Source: Bispira polyomma
Taxonomy: Eukaryota
NCBI GenBank assembly: GCA_965649765.1
Contig: OZ287751.1
Span: 50,840,001 to 50,904,000, forward strand
Direction of reading: 5' to 3'
DNA length: 64,000 nt
Under the pieces are notes generated by a model. That model was not told the DNA's origin, searched no databases, and worked only from the letters and a program-made list of their open reading frames with translations. Numbering within the stretch: position 1 is the stretch's first letter; each line of letters starts with the position of its first letter. Of this stretch, positions 26,317 to 37,900 are shown in pieces. A program made the translations under genes and the position numbers.

Positions 26317-26700
26317 TCAATGTTTGACAGCTGATGAGGCTGCTTAGAAATGTCGCAGATTGTAGGTTTTATGCATGTTCACTTCCATTTCTACCTCACT
26401 GTCAACCTCAACGTTTGACAGCTGATGAAGCTGCTTAGAAATGGCAGGGTCACAGATTGTAGGTTTTCTGCATGTTCTCTTCCAGTTCTACCTCACTGTC
26501 ATCCTCAATGTTTGACAGCTGATGAGGCTGCGTAGAAATGGCAGGGTCGCAGATTGTAGGTTTTTTTCATGTTCTCTTCTATTTGTACCTAACTGTCATC
26601 CTCAACGTTTGACAGCTGATGAGGCTGCTTAGAATTGACAGGGTCGCAGATTGTAGGTTTTCTGCATGTTCTTTTCCATTTCTACCTTACTGTAATCGTC
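26317..26700. repeat. 97-bp tandem repeat, 4 copies, each an imperfect fold-back
   Basis: TTTGACAGCTGATGA at 26323, 26414, 26511 and 26608. Confidence 0.92.
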
Positions 26701-27877
26701 TAAGTTCACAATGTCATTTCAAGATTTTTGCATTCTCTTTGGGCGATGCTTTCGCTTGTTTTCAAATCTACCCCCGTTAACATTATAAAATAAAATTATA
26801 AATAAAATGAAATTATAACTAAAATAATAAATTAAACATCACACATTGTCAATTAAATTCTACAATCATGTATAGTTAAATGAAGGAACTCTACCAACTC
26901 TAGCCCGGAATTGTTTGAGTTTATTGGTAGCCTGCATGTCTCTATCAATTCTCAGTTCATTTGTTTGTATGTGCTTTTTCGATAGAACTTTTTAATGTCA
27001 TCAAAGGTTTTCTCATTGTTGCTTGGATTTGAGAAATGGAAAAGCATTGCATGGTCATCCTTTAAAGTTTAAGAGGTTGTTCAAGCTAATTAAACTTAAG
27101 TAAAACAAACTTATAAAATTATAAATAAAATGAAAAATCTACACAAAATAACAAATTAAACATTACACATTGTCAATTAAAATTGTAAATATTTTACAAA
27201 TTACATTCCACTTTTGCACTTGTTCACTGTGCGTCTGTTGGTATGATTGGGTTCAATTGGCTCGCTTGTCTGTCTCCGTGATTACATTATGAGTGTGGCA
27301 TTGACTCACGTGCCAGTGACATTTGTCAAGTTCGACATCCCTTGAACTTTAAGAGTTTGTTCAAACTAATTAAAGTTAAATAAAATAAACTTATCAATAA
27401 AATAAAATTAAAAATAAAATAAAATTATAAAAAAAATAATAATTTAAACATTACACATTACAATTACATTCTAATCTTGAGGGAGGTGGATCTTCATCCT
27501 GTGTGATGAGATTTCTTGTATCCTCTTCTTCCAAACTATTGTCATTCTCTTCCAGAATTTGTGTCTCTGCATTACTCTTTCTATAACACTACATCATGCA
27601 GTTACATTTTATTCAATTTCTTGTCATTCAACTATGTTGTTTAGTAATTGTTTTCTTGGATGCCAATTCTCAATCAGCAAAATACACTGTTGACCCAAAT
27701 TTGTCATAAATGAACCCTTGATAATAGGGTTATGGTCAATTGTCACCATATTCTCCTGACCAGAGGATTTGAGAAATGGGGAAGCGTTACATGGTCAATA
27801 GTAAAGAAATTAGTAATTGCTGGTATAGCATTAGACGTTTTCGGACATGGTAGAATTTTTCTATAAAAGATGAAACA

Positions 27878-28600
27878 GTGTAATGTATTGGTGATGTACA
27901 AGCGATGCAGAATTTTTGTAATGCCAATCAATATTTGGAGGGGCGGGAGTAGCAGTTGTAATGTATTGGTGATGTACACCATTTTAATGTATTGGTGATG
28001 TAATTTCTCACAAAGTCTTGCCAGAGTAATGTACTGGTGATGCAATTGTGATGTACCTCCTTTGCAGTATCCATAGTAGCACTTGTAATATATTGGTGAT
28101 GTAATTGTGATGTACTTCCTTACAGTATCCAAAGTATCAGTTTTAATGTATTGGTAATGTAGTTTCTCACAAAGTCTTGCCAGGGTAATGTATTGGTGAT
28201 GTGATTGTGATGTACTTTGTTATGTTACAAATATAATAAAAGAATTTTGGATTTCAGTTACTTGACATGTGTTTTTTCATCTTATCTTTTTATTAAAATT
28301 TTACCTTTGCAAACCAAAGGGCTAGTTATTTGGTCTTGGGTTTGAACCCAGTTGATGGTGGTTGAGACAAGGGCCATTTGAAACTTTTGAAAGTCAAATG
28401 ACTAGTTCTTTGCTCCTGGGTTTGAACCCAGTTGATGGTGGTTGAGATAAATGTCCCTTTGAAAGTCAGATGACTAGTTCTTTGCTCCTGGGTTTGAACC
28501 CAGTTGATGGTGGTTGAGACAATGGCCATTTGAAAGTCAAATGACCAGTTTTTTTGCTCCTGGGTTTGAACCCAGTTGATGGTGGTTAATTGCCCTTTGA
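27878..28600. repeat. Two short-period arrays: GTAATGTATTGGTGATGTA units, then ~60-70-bp units with the palindrome CTGGGTTTGAACCCAG
   Basis: First motif ~7 copies in 27878-28216; second 4 copies in 28335-28600. Confidence 0.85.
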
Positions 28601-28691
28601 AAGTTAGTTTTAAAATAAATTAACAAGAAGAAGAAACCTTTATTCACAGAATGACAAATGAATAACAAACATTGGATACAAAGTGTACATT

Positions 28692-29872
28692 AAATCATTC
28701 TGCACCTATTGGGTTGTCGTAGTGCCCCTTCAGTGAGGCGTGTTGAACCTTGGCCTCTCTGTTTGCCGTGTTCCCCAGAAGTATCTCCTCCATATCTTGC
28801 AATGCTGCCCCATTTCTCTAATCCTCTGGTAGCAGATTGTGCTGTGCGTCTTCTCGGTCCAACAATTCTAGGTTTTGGCCATTTGGATACCTCACTCTGC
28901 AAATGTTGTGCAAGATGCAGCAGACTGTGGTGATAACAGTGGCTACTTCTGGAACATGGCACAACTTCCCACTGAGGCATCTGAACCTATTGAGGAGGAG
29001 CCCAAAAGCATTTTCAACAACTCTCCTTGCGCGGGACATGGGCTGGTCAACACTGGCCAAAGGAGTAGCTGCCTGAAGTGGGAGTAGGTCATCCTCTAAG
29101 GTTTGCTTCAAGTGAGAGACATTCCAGATCTGGGCATCAAAGCAGCAGCCACTTGCACCAACATCGAGGTAGATGAACTTGTAGTCAGCATCCACCTCAG
29201 CCAAAAGTATGATTGAAGTGAACCACTTGTAGTTGAAGAACTGCGATCCACTGTGAGGGGCTTCCATAAGGCAACGTGTTTCCCATCTATGGCACCAATA
29301 CAATAGGAAAAGTTCCATCTTTTCTCGAAAAGTTCTGCAATATCAGTCCAGCCCTTGGATGTATCTGGAGCATATTTAACTTCATCGAGGTATTCCGCCT
29401 CTATGGCACGACAAACTTTGAATAATCACAGACACTGTGTTGTGTGCTACACAAAAACCATACGCTAGAGATCTGCAGTCCGAACCAGTAGCTAGGTACC
29501 TCAGGGTGATGGCCATTATTAAACGTGGTTCTAGGGGAGCCCTAAAATTGATCGTTTTCCTTCGCAGTCTTAGTTGCAAGTGTTGGACCAGTTCTCAGAA
29601 GAGATAAATCCTGGTGAAATTCCTATAACTAGCAGGGTCCTCAGCCTCAAGCTTCTGCAACAGGTGCTCGTAGAATCCAAAGAGTGGTCTCCTAAGTATC
29701 TAGGGCCTGGTCCACACATAACTCTGCCTTCTCTTTCTGACCATACCTACCTGTTCTTCCATACCTGTTCCAAATATTGAGTGGCATTAATAATATTCTG
29801 CATCACTTGTACTTGAACCATCATAGCTTGTTTCAGGACCTGGAATTGCTCCAATACAAAGTTAATGGCCAT
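28692..29872 (-). pseudogene. Harbinger (HARBI1-like) DDE transposase, frameshifted
   Basis: ITLRYLATG..SLAYGF.VAHNTVS, CIGAIDGKH, SGSQFFNYK..SIILLA.VDADYKF..DVG..G and SRARRVVENAFGLL..RFR..CCILHN. The GD-x-AF segment with the second Asp is deleted. TATA-like TATATATAG on the minus strand at ~29952. Confidence 0.9.
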
Positions 29873-31334
29873 TGTTGAAGTTGTTGAAAATTCCAGTGAA
29901 AAGCAGAATGAAATTTGAATGAATAATGAGGGAAAATATGTACGATCAACTCCTATATATACCCCCCCAGAAACGGCTGCAAAAAACATACCTTGCATAA
30001 GTGAAACGTCCCACACGTATTCAATGCGCAAGAAATGCAATGAACGAAATGGAAGCGTGAGGGATGTAATAGACGTAATCCAAGCGTACTTGAGGCGTGA
30101 GTGAGGTGGCTAAAGCATAATAAACGCATCCCAAATGTAGTAAGCGGAATCAAAACGTAAGAAAAAATTTGATCAAAACGGCAGCTACAAATCACATTCT
30201 ATGCATATCCATATACGGAAGAAACGGGAAGAAAATAGATTAAACGTGCCTAAAGCGTAATATAAGCGGCTTGGACGTAATTTTAGGCTTACGCTCCTTT
30301 ACGCTAAAAAAATTGACTTCGTTTACTTGCGTTTCCTCACGTTTGCGAAAAAACAACATAAGCGAAACATACTCAGTGTGACCACAGCATTATTATCAGA
30401 TACATGTTATATCTCCTCACTTGCCAGTGGGATTATATGTACTTATAGTACAGTATAATTCCTTGGTTACCTATGGCCAACCTATGGTCAATGTGACACT
30501 GCAGGTCTGTGTTTTAATATTTTAAAAGTAGACTGTTTTGTTCTTGTTATAGCAGCTATTCTCTATAGAAAAAGGTTTGTTCCTCTATATGCACAAAGCT
30601 ATCACTTAAATTGAATCAGATTGTTACCAATGTTGTACAATTTTTAATATTTGCTGTTTTTAAATGTGGAAAAGATATAAAGCTGTTACGTAAAAGGTAT
30701 CAGATTGTTAAAAATAATATAAAATGTACATGTGTTATCATTTGTTATCACAGATGTAACTTTAAATGTTTACTGAATATGGAAAAAAACAACAAAAAAA
30801 TAATTATTACATATTGATACACATCAAGCATCAAGTAGGAAATACCAAACTGAATATTGAAAAACAAACCAAAAAATAATTATTTCATATTCATACACAT
30901 CAGGCATCAAGTAGGACAAGTTTATTATCAATTATAGCTGGGATTCAACACAACATATGCTTTGATTATACATTTACAACATCAAATTCAGTGAGATATA
31001 TATCTTATTTATTTATTCTAAATAATGTCATCTTGCTTCCATTTCTAGTTATTGTGATAACAATTTTTATCACGAGGATTCGGTTGATTTTTGATAATGT
31101 AATATTTGAGTGAGATTTTTCAAAATTGTGTGGTGACAGTATTTAAATCTTTGTTTATACACTTGGTGAATCATTTAATACCAATATTCATTTTTACAAA
31201 AATTGATGATGAGAGTAATATAAGCTTAGAATGAAAACTATTTAATTGATTTATGAAGGGTTCCTTGCATCAAATAAACAAACATTTTGTTGTAAATATA
31301 CACAGCAGAGTCGAAATATCTTTAAATTGAGAGT

Positions 31335-33652
31335 GCTTCCTTTCTTTTATGTCTTCATTGTCAAATATTATCCCACTAAGATCCAAGAGTGGCCTTTTGT
31401 CACACTTATTATTTCTATAGGAGCCGTGGGTTTTTGAATTTGGATATTTAACGTCCACTCTAGTACCTTTTAGTAGGTTATATTTGGACGGGTAGTTGGA
31501 AACGCTGGAGAAAAACTGCATACAGTCGGTCAAGGTTCTGCAGAGAAACCAGCGGCCCACAGTAAGGAACTACCACCTTTCCCACATAGGCATCGACGGG
31601 ATTCGAACTCACGCTGCCCAGAGGTGAGAGACCAGTGATTGTGAAGCGCAATGCTTGCTAACCACTAGGCCACCACGGCCCCATAGGAGCCGTGGGATGT
31701 CTAGCACTGGTATTTCTGTGAGACAAGACTGCATTTATTGCAGGTCATCATGGCAGCATTGGCTTGCTGTCTTTGAGTTTTCTCCTTTCTGTGATGGATG
31801 TTATGAGTACAGTAATATACATTGCATACATGGCTCAGTTTAAACCTGCATACCTTACGGCCTACTTTATTGAAGATGGGCTTGATAGCATTATCCCTTC
31901 TTTGGTCGGCCTCATTCAGGTAGCTGACAAGGCTCCTACCTGTGTAAAGACGTCTTACATCAAGATGAATATGACCAGTGGGCAGAATGTGACATTATGA
32001 AAGTCTGAAGCCTTGTATAGCCCGCCTGTCTTTTCCATTGAGATTTTTCTATTATTTCTGTTTTGCATGGCGGTCCTGTCAGGTGTTTGCTTCTTAATAC
32101 TACACTTTGCAAAATTCATCAAGAAAGAACACTATAATTATAACAGAAGCCAAATAGAAATAAATATTATTAAAATACAGAACAGTACTGATTGCAACAA
32201 TACAGAAATAGAAACAGATGAAATGGTAGTCAACAAAACAAATACAAGGATACCACAGAATTAAAGAAGAGACACTACAGTGAAAACTTAAACAATATAC
32301 CAAGTGGAAAGTTTGTATTTCTGGTCATCTTGAATGCAATTTACAGTGGTTATGTTTACACTGTGCACCCATCTATTAGTCCCTATTCAGCAATTCCATA
32401 TGGTATGTTTGGTATTTGCTGAAAACAGCAACAGTTTTATGTTTATTTTGTCAACGTTGAAATGAAGAACTTTAGCTATTGTACATTTTCTTCAACATTG
32501 CAAATGTAATACAACTTTTACAAACCAAAATACCATCACACACATGTCTGAATTATTAGTAAAGGCCTTTTATTCATGTATAATGTATTATTTTTTAGTA
32601 AATTATAGATATTTTACTGTATCCAGAAGGTAAAGAAAATGCAAAACACTATGTAAATGGGAACATTTGCAAAAATAAACTTTTCAAATTTTACATTATT
32701 TAAGAAACTTATTGGAAGTAATTTTCATTGTTGGTCAACTTTACATACAGAAGATTAAATAAATATTAAAAAACACACTGTAAAATTATTATGTCTATTC
32801 AATCTCATTTGCTAAATTAGCTCAAATAACTTGGCAGTTAAAATGTCCACCTCACAGTATTAAAAATACTCAGAGTTGCACTTATTTCCAGGTAACACAG
32901 AATACAGCCTGTTGGTAAAGCTTTCCAGTGGTGTACTAACTTTTGCCCCTGTCCTTAACCTCTTCTACTTAGTCACCTCTGTACCTGGACATCTCCTCCT
33001 AATTGTTATATCTAGTATGTTACTGGCCTACCAGTTGCTTATGGCTTCTTACAGCCCATTGTCACCATTTTAAGGAACACCACTTGGTACATTTTTAGTG
33101 GTATGTTGCTTGTGCTTGATACATACAGTGATATTACATTACATTTTTGCCATGTTAAAGTCATATATAGTAGAATTGCAACAGTTACAACATTTATAAT
33201 ATAAATATAGTAAATAACTTTTCACTAAATTAGTTATTTGTTAAACTTGTATGAGATCCTAACTTGTAGATAAAATATAGTAAAAGATCTAAATTAATTC
33301 ATTTTAAAAAGAACTAATGTTTTACTACCAATTTAACTCCTAAAAATTTATATATTCCCAAAAGTGGGAGACTGAAATACCCATTCTTTTTCACAAACAT
33401 ATTTTTGAACAGATTTTCATTCGTTTAAGCTGCACATATTTGATCTTGTTTCAGGTGAGTATTGGTGCCCTTTGCTCATTTATCAGTAAATATGCCAGTG
33501 TAAATATAGCCATGTTGATGCAGAACTCCAGTGGTCGGATGGGACTGGTGTGGTATGGAACATCCCTCCAGGCTGGGTGTCTGTTATCTGCCATTGTGAT
33601 TTTTAGTCTGATTAATGTGGCAGAGGTATTCTCCAGTGAACAAGTGTGCTAA
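31335..33652 (+). pseudogene. SLC52-family tandem paralogue, pseudogene (exons ~31335-32402, 32892-33100, 33455-33652)
   Basis: Colinear with 9097-12813, with identical exon 2/3 lengths (209, 198). First ~65 codons not found; SINE insertion in exon 1; nonsense codons at 31719, 31998 and 33071, plus frameshifts. Confidence 0.9.
31431..31682 (-). mobile_element. Full-length tRNA-derived SINE (252 bp)
   Basis: Starts GGGGCCGTGGTGGCCTAGTGG (A box), has GTTCGAATCC (B box) and an A-rich end. Perfect 14-bp TSD ATAGGAGCCGTGGG at 31417-30 and 31683-96. Confidence 0.93.
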
Positions 33653-34975
33653 AGAAAGAACAATCAAAGTGGATTGTGGTCAAGCAGTTGTTCTGGTAAA
33701 TGGTGGGTCACCAGTTCCACTCCAAGTAATGGCTCAGTGAATATTCGGGAATAAATTAGACATTTAGTGTTGCATGATTCAATTACATAGATCTCTTGCG
33801 GTGTTTAAACAATCATTAAGTAGTTTTGCACACAATAGTTGTTGAAGTATTAAATTGTTACCAATTTGCCCTGTAATGCCTTTTTGATGTTTATGAATTT
33901 CTGTTGCATTTTTGTTTTGGGGAAATATAACTGATGTGCCATGCATTTGACTTCTATATCCTCAGAAGCCTCAGGAAAGTGTTTGTGTAAAGTCAACTCT
34001 TGTAAACAAACAACACATATACACTTACCTGGTTGAATCTCATTGAAGGGATTGCCTAATGTTGGTCAATTTAGGAATTTAAACCAGTGGGCTTCCCAGG
34101 AGGTGCCTATTTTCGGTCATTTAGGGAGTTTAAACCAGGGGCTCACCAGCCGATGACTATTATCAAGCATTCTGGGAAATTAAACTTATGATTTCGGTGT
34201 CTGAAGTTAGCACACACTTTAATTAAAAGGGTGCCCTTTATAACTCCCTCATAAGACCCATTTTTATCCATAACTGTATTATCGCTTAGCCGCCATCTTA
34301 AATACACCCGAGCATGATCTTTGAGCACAAAAAAATATGTTCATCATACAATGGTATGCCAATCTTTAAAGTGATATATCTCGGCCATGTCTGCACCTCA
34401 AACATTCTCAATCTGTAAAAAGTGTCAACAAAATACATTCAAAGCATTTATATGATATGGCTGATAAATAGGTGAGACATGACTTGTTAAGGTCAAGTGA
34501 CTTTTGATTAGAATTAAGTTGGAATTGTAACGTTTATGAAAAGCAATTTACTCTTCATAATATTATTGCTGTTTACATCACGAAAACTCATCCAGCTATT
34601 GTAAACCTGCATGCAGTGTGAACCAAAAAGACACACACAAACGCAGCTCTGAAAAATGTGCCAGACTGTCGGTTGAAAAGAAGCAAAAAGAAGCTGTAAA
34701 ATATATATTAATTTGCCAGATATTCCTGAAAGATTTTTCAAACAAATAATGCATACAATTTGTCCTTAATTTTATGAACTCTACATGTTATTGGAATATT
34801 TCCACTTATTAACACAAAAAAGCTTTTTCTATGTAATTTCTTTTATCCAAACTTCTTTTATCCAAACATATATCCTTTGAATATTCATTTGATGAACAGA
34901 AATATCTATGTATGTTCATTCTGTTGTCCGAAGTGTTGGTTTGATAGCCTGAAAACAAAGTTTCAACAAATTTCC

Positions 34976-37900
34976 TTCCCCGGAAGTAACCCAAATCTTG
35001 TAGAACGAGAGAAACCCTCAGTCTTCATTTGGAAAATTAGAATTCTAGAAACAAAGTGGGGCTAGCTGGGTGGGATCCGGTTTAGTGAGGATAAGGTTAC
35101 TTCTGGGGATGCGCAGTGAGGATTGTCAAGGAAATTTAAAATAAAATCACAAGAATAGTCTTAAGTTAACTAAATGAAATAGCATTATTGAGGATAAGGT
35201 AAGTATTTATTATCCAAAAAGATAAATTACATTAAAATTTGTACAGTTTATTGCGATAAATACATTTATCCTCAATAACACTAGAATCAAACCTTAAAGG
35301 TGGAGGGTTGTTTATGGAACCCAAGTATTTAGAGGAAATTTGTTGAAAGCCAGAGCGTTAGTCCTGAATATAAGGCAAGTCCTTATAGTACTACTTTAGA
35401 TTAGACAAACTATAAGTAGATGAAACCACAATATACCTCAACCTTTGGTTTGAAACATGGTCCCATAAATGTAGTGTCACTGTACAGAAGTTCCTATTCA
35501 CAAATCTACAGAAGTGGTCCTATTCAGATATGTATAAATGTCAGCCCCATGATGTCACTGAAGGTCAGGATGTCTCCGTCGTAAGTAGTGGCATCACATG
35601 GCTGAGTCCAACATTCTTCTTACTCTGATATGTACAAGTAGGAGGCTGGAAGGAAGACAAAGAAAGATTGTATCATCAGCATACACTAAAAATAATGCAA
35701 AACAAACAAGATTAATAACAATCTTACACTATTAAGACTTGACTACATGGTGTGCAGCCACCACAGAACCCAGGGTAAAATCCGAATCCTCTTTAGCCTG
35801 CCAAGCCACATCTTTCGTGCAAAAATGGGTGAATGTATGGTGTGAGCACGAGTAACAAGAACCCAAGATCTGTTCTAAAGATACCCGCCTTTGAAAGCTA
35901 GAGATACTGCCATAGATCTTAAATCGTGTGCCTTAACCTGAGTGAGAGATGTCACTTTCTCATCTGCCAACTTGTAACACATTAAAACAGTTTGTTTGAT
36001 CCAAGAAGAATTGGTAGCTTTCTTGATATTAGAATCAAAACTTTCCCTAAAGGATATAAACAAGAGCTTCTTGGCCTTCCTAAATCCCTTAGTTCTACTG
36101 ACATATAGCCTCAAAGACCTTACAGGACACAAAAACTAATCCTCCTTAAGATGATCATCCAGGAATGATGCAAGAGCTGGAATAATCACAGGCTTGATAG
36201 AATCAGAACCTACAGAGGCTAACTGATTCTTAGCCATTAACACAGATGAAGGAGCCACAGTAACTTCAGCCTAACCAGGTTTATGTTTTAGAAAGGAAAA
36301 GGTCCAAGCGTCAATCTCACCCCTTCTCTTACCAGAAGCCAATGCCATCAGGAAAACTGTCTTACAAGTCAATAACTTAAGTGAGGTTCAGATGGCTCAG
36401 ATGGAGGCTTAGTTAAGGCTAACAACACCACCGACAAATCATAAGTTAGTATGCCCCTATCTTTCACTGGTCTATCCCTAAGGAAACTTGCTAAGGCCTA
36501 TTCAGATCCAGACGTTTTGAAATCTCAATGCTTAAGGAACCCATGTGATCAGCAATAGGGGTACAGTACCCAGCAACAGTTGCAAGTTTCAAATCTCGTT
36601 GCAAAAAACGAAACAAGAATAAAAGAAAATCTGCTATTTGAGGGATAGAAGGTTTGGAGAGGTTTACCTTCTTTGCACTTGCCCATTGTTCAAATAAGGA
36701 CCAATTTAATTCATAGACCCGTCTTGAGGACGGTCTTTGAGGTGCCTTAATTTGGTCTTCCGCTGACTGTGATAATTTGAGTGTTGTGTCAGATCCGAGT
36801 TCAGTAAAGAAACATGAATAGTCAAAAATTAAAGATTCTGTAGGTATTTCAGGCTGAAAGGTTGTTTCAACATCTGAGGCCACTGAGGTATCAGGAATGG
36901 TGGTCTTACTCATAGGTTTACAAGATCCCAAAACCAGGTCATCCCTGGCCACCCTGGGGCTAGAACCATCATACATCAATGATACCTTAACATTTTTTGT
37001 ACTAGTTTGGGTATCAGCACCACTGGACAGAAGGCATAACTGTCCAGACCCTCCCAAGAGATATTTAATGCATCTATGGCTAGTGCTTGGACATCTGGGA
37101 TTGGGGACACATACAGGTGCAACTTGTGGTTTTGACTTGTGGCAAACAGATCTAATTGGGGGCGATAAAGCTTTTGACAAAGTAGACTGAACATCTGTGG
37201 GTGCAGTGACCACTCTGTGTGTATGACATTGTCTCTCCTTGAGAGACTGTTGGCTAGGACATTCAGACAACCTGCTATATGTCAGACTCTAACCCTGATG
37301 CTGCGAGGGTTGCAAAAATCAAATATCCTCCAAACCAGAAGACACATTTTTAGGGAATGTGTTCCGCCTTGTTTGTTGAGATAGGCAACTACAGATACGT
37401 TGTCGGTGGCTATCAAAACCTGTTTGCCTTGAATATGTTTTGCAAACGATTTTAAGGCCAGAAACACAGCTTTTAGCTCATACACATAGATATGCAAGTC
37501 TCTTTTTGTGTCTGCCCAGACGCCCCTTTGAACCATATCTCCCAAATGTGCTCCCCAACCTGTGCTGGAAGCATCTGTGAATAGTAGGGTGCTGTGCTCT
37601 AGAAGATGCAATTTTTCGCCTACCATTACATTTTCAGGATCTGCCCGCCAAAGCAGCTGATCTTTTAACCTGTGTGACACAGGAATCAGTATCTCTAGCG
37701 ACTAAAGAACTCGCCAATGGGTTCTTAGATAGCACTGGAAAGGCCTCATGTGTAGTCTCTCAAAGGGAACTATCTTCTCTACACAGCCCATAACCCCTAT
37801 CAAGAACATTAACTTCCTGGGAGTGAAGACCTAAGCTTTCTGAACCTCTTGTATTTGAATTTGGATATTTAACGTCCACTCTAGTACCTGTTTAGGTTAT

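Larger units (their letters stand above)
17713..30389. mobile_element. 12.7-kb PIF/Harbinger DNA transposon (convergent MADF gene and transposase, large repetitive interior, nested L2)
   Basis: TIRs TGCCGCGGTCACACTAAGCTTAC / CATACTCAGTGTGACCACAGCA. TTA TSD at 17710-12 and 30390-92. CGTA/TACG-rich subterminal regions. Both diagnostic Harbinger genes are present. Confidence 0.88.

Noticed and set aside
26331-26360. CTGATGA...GAAA in the 97-bp repeats as hammerheads
   Set aside because: No stem II closing pair, GAAA is sequestered in the long hairpin, and there is no NUH next to a stem I partner.
31590-31682. tRNA gene
   Set aside because: A and B boxes are present but there is no cloverleaf; it is the head of a TSD-flanked SINE.
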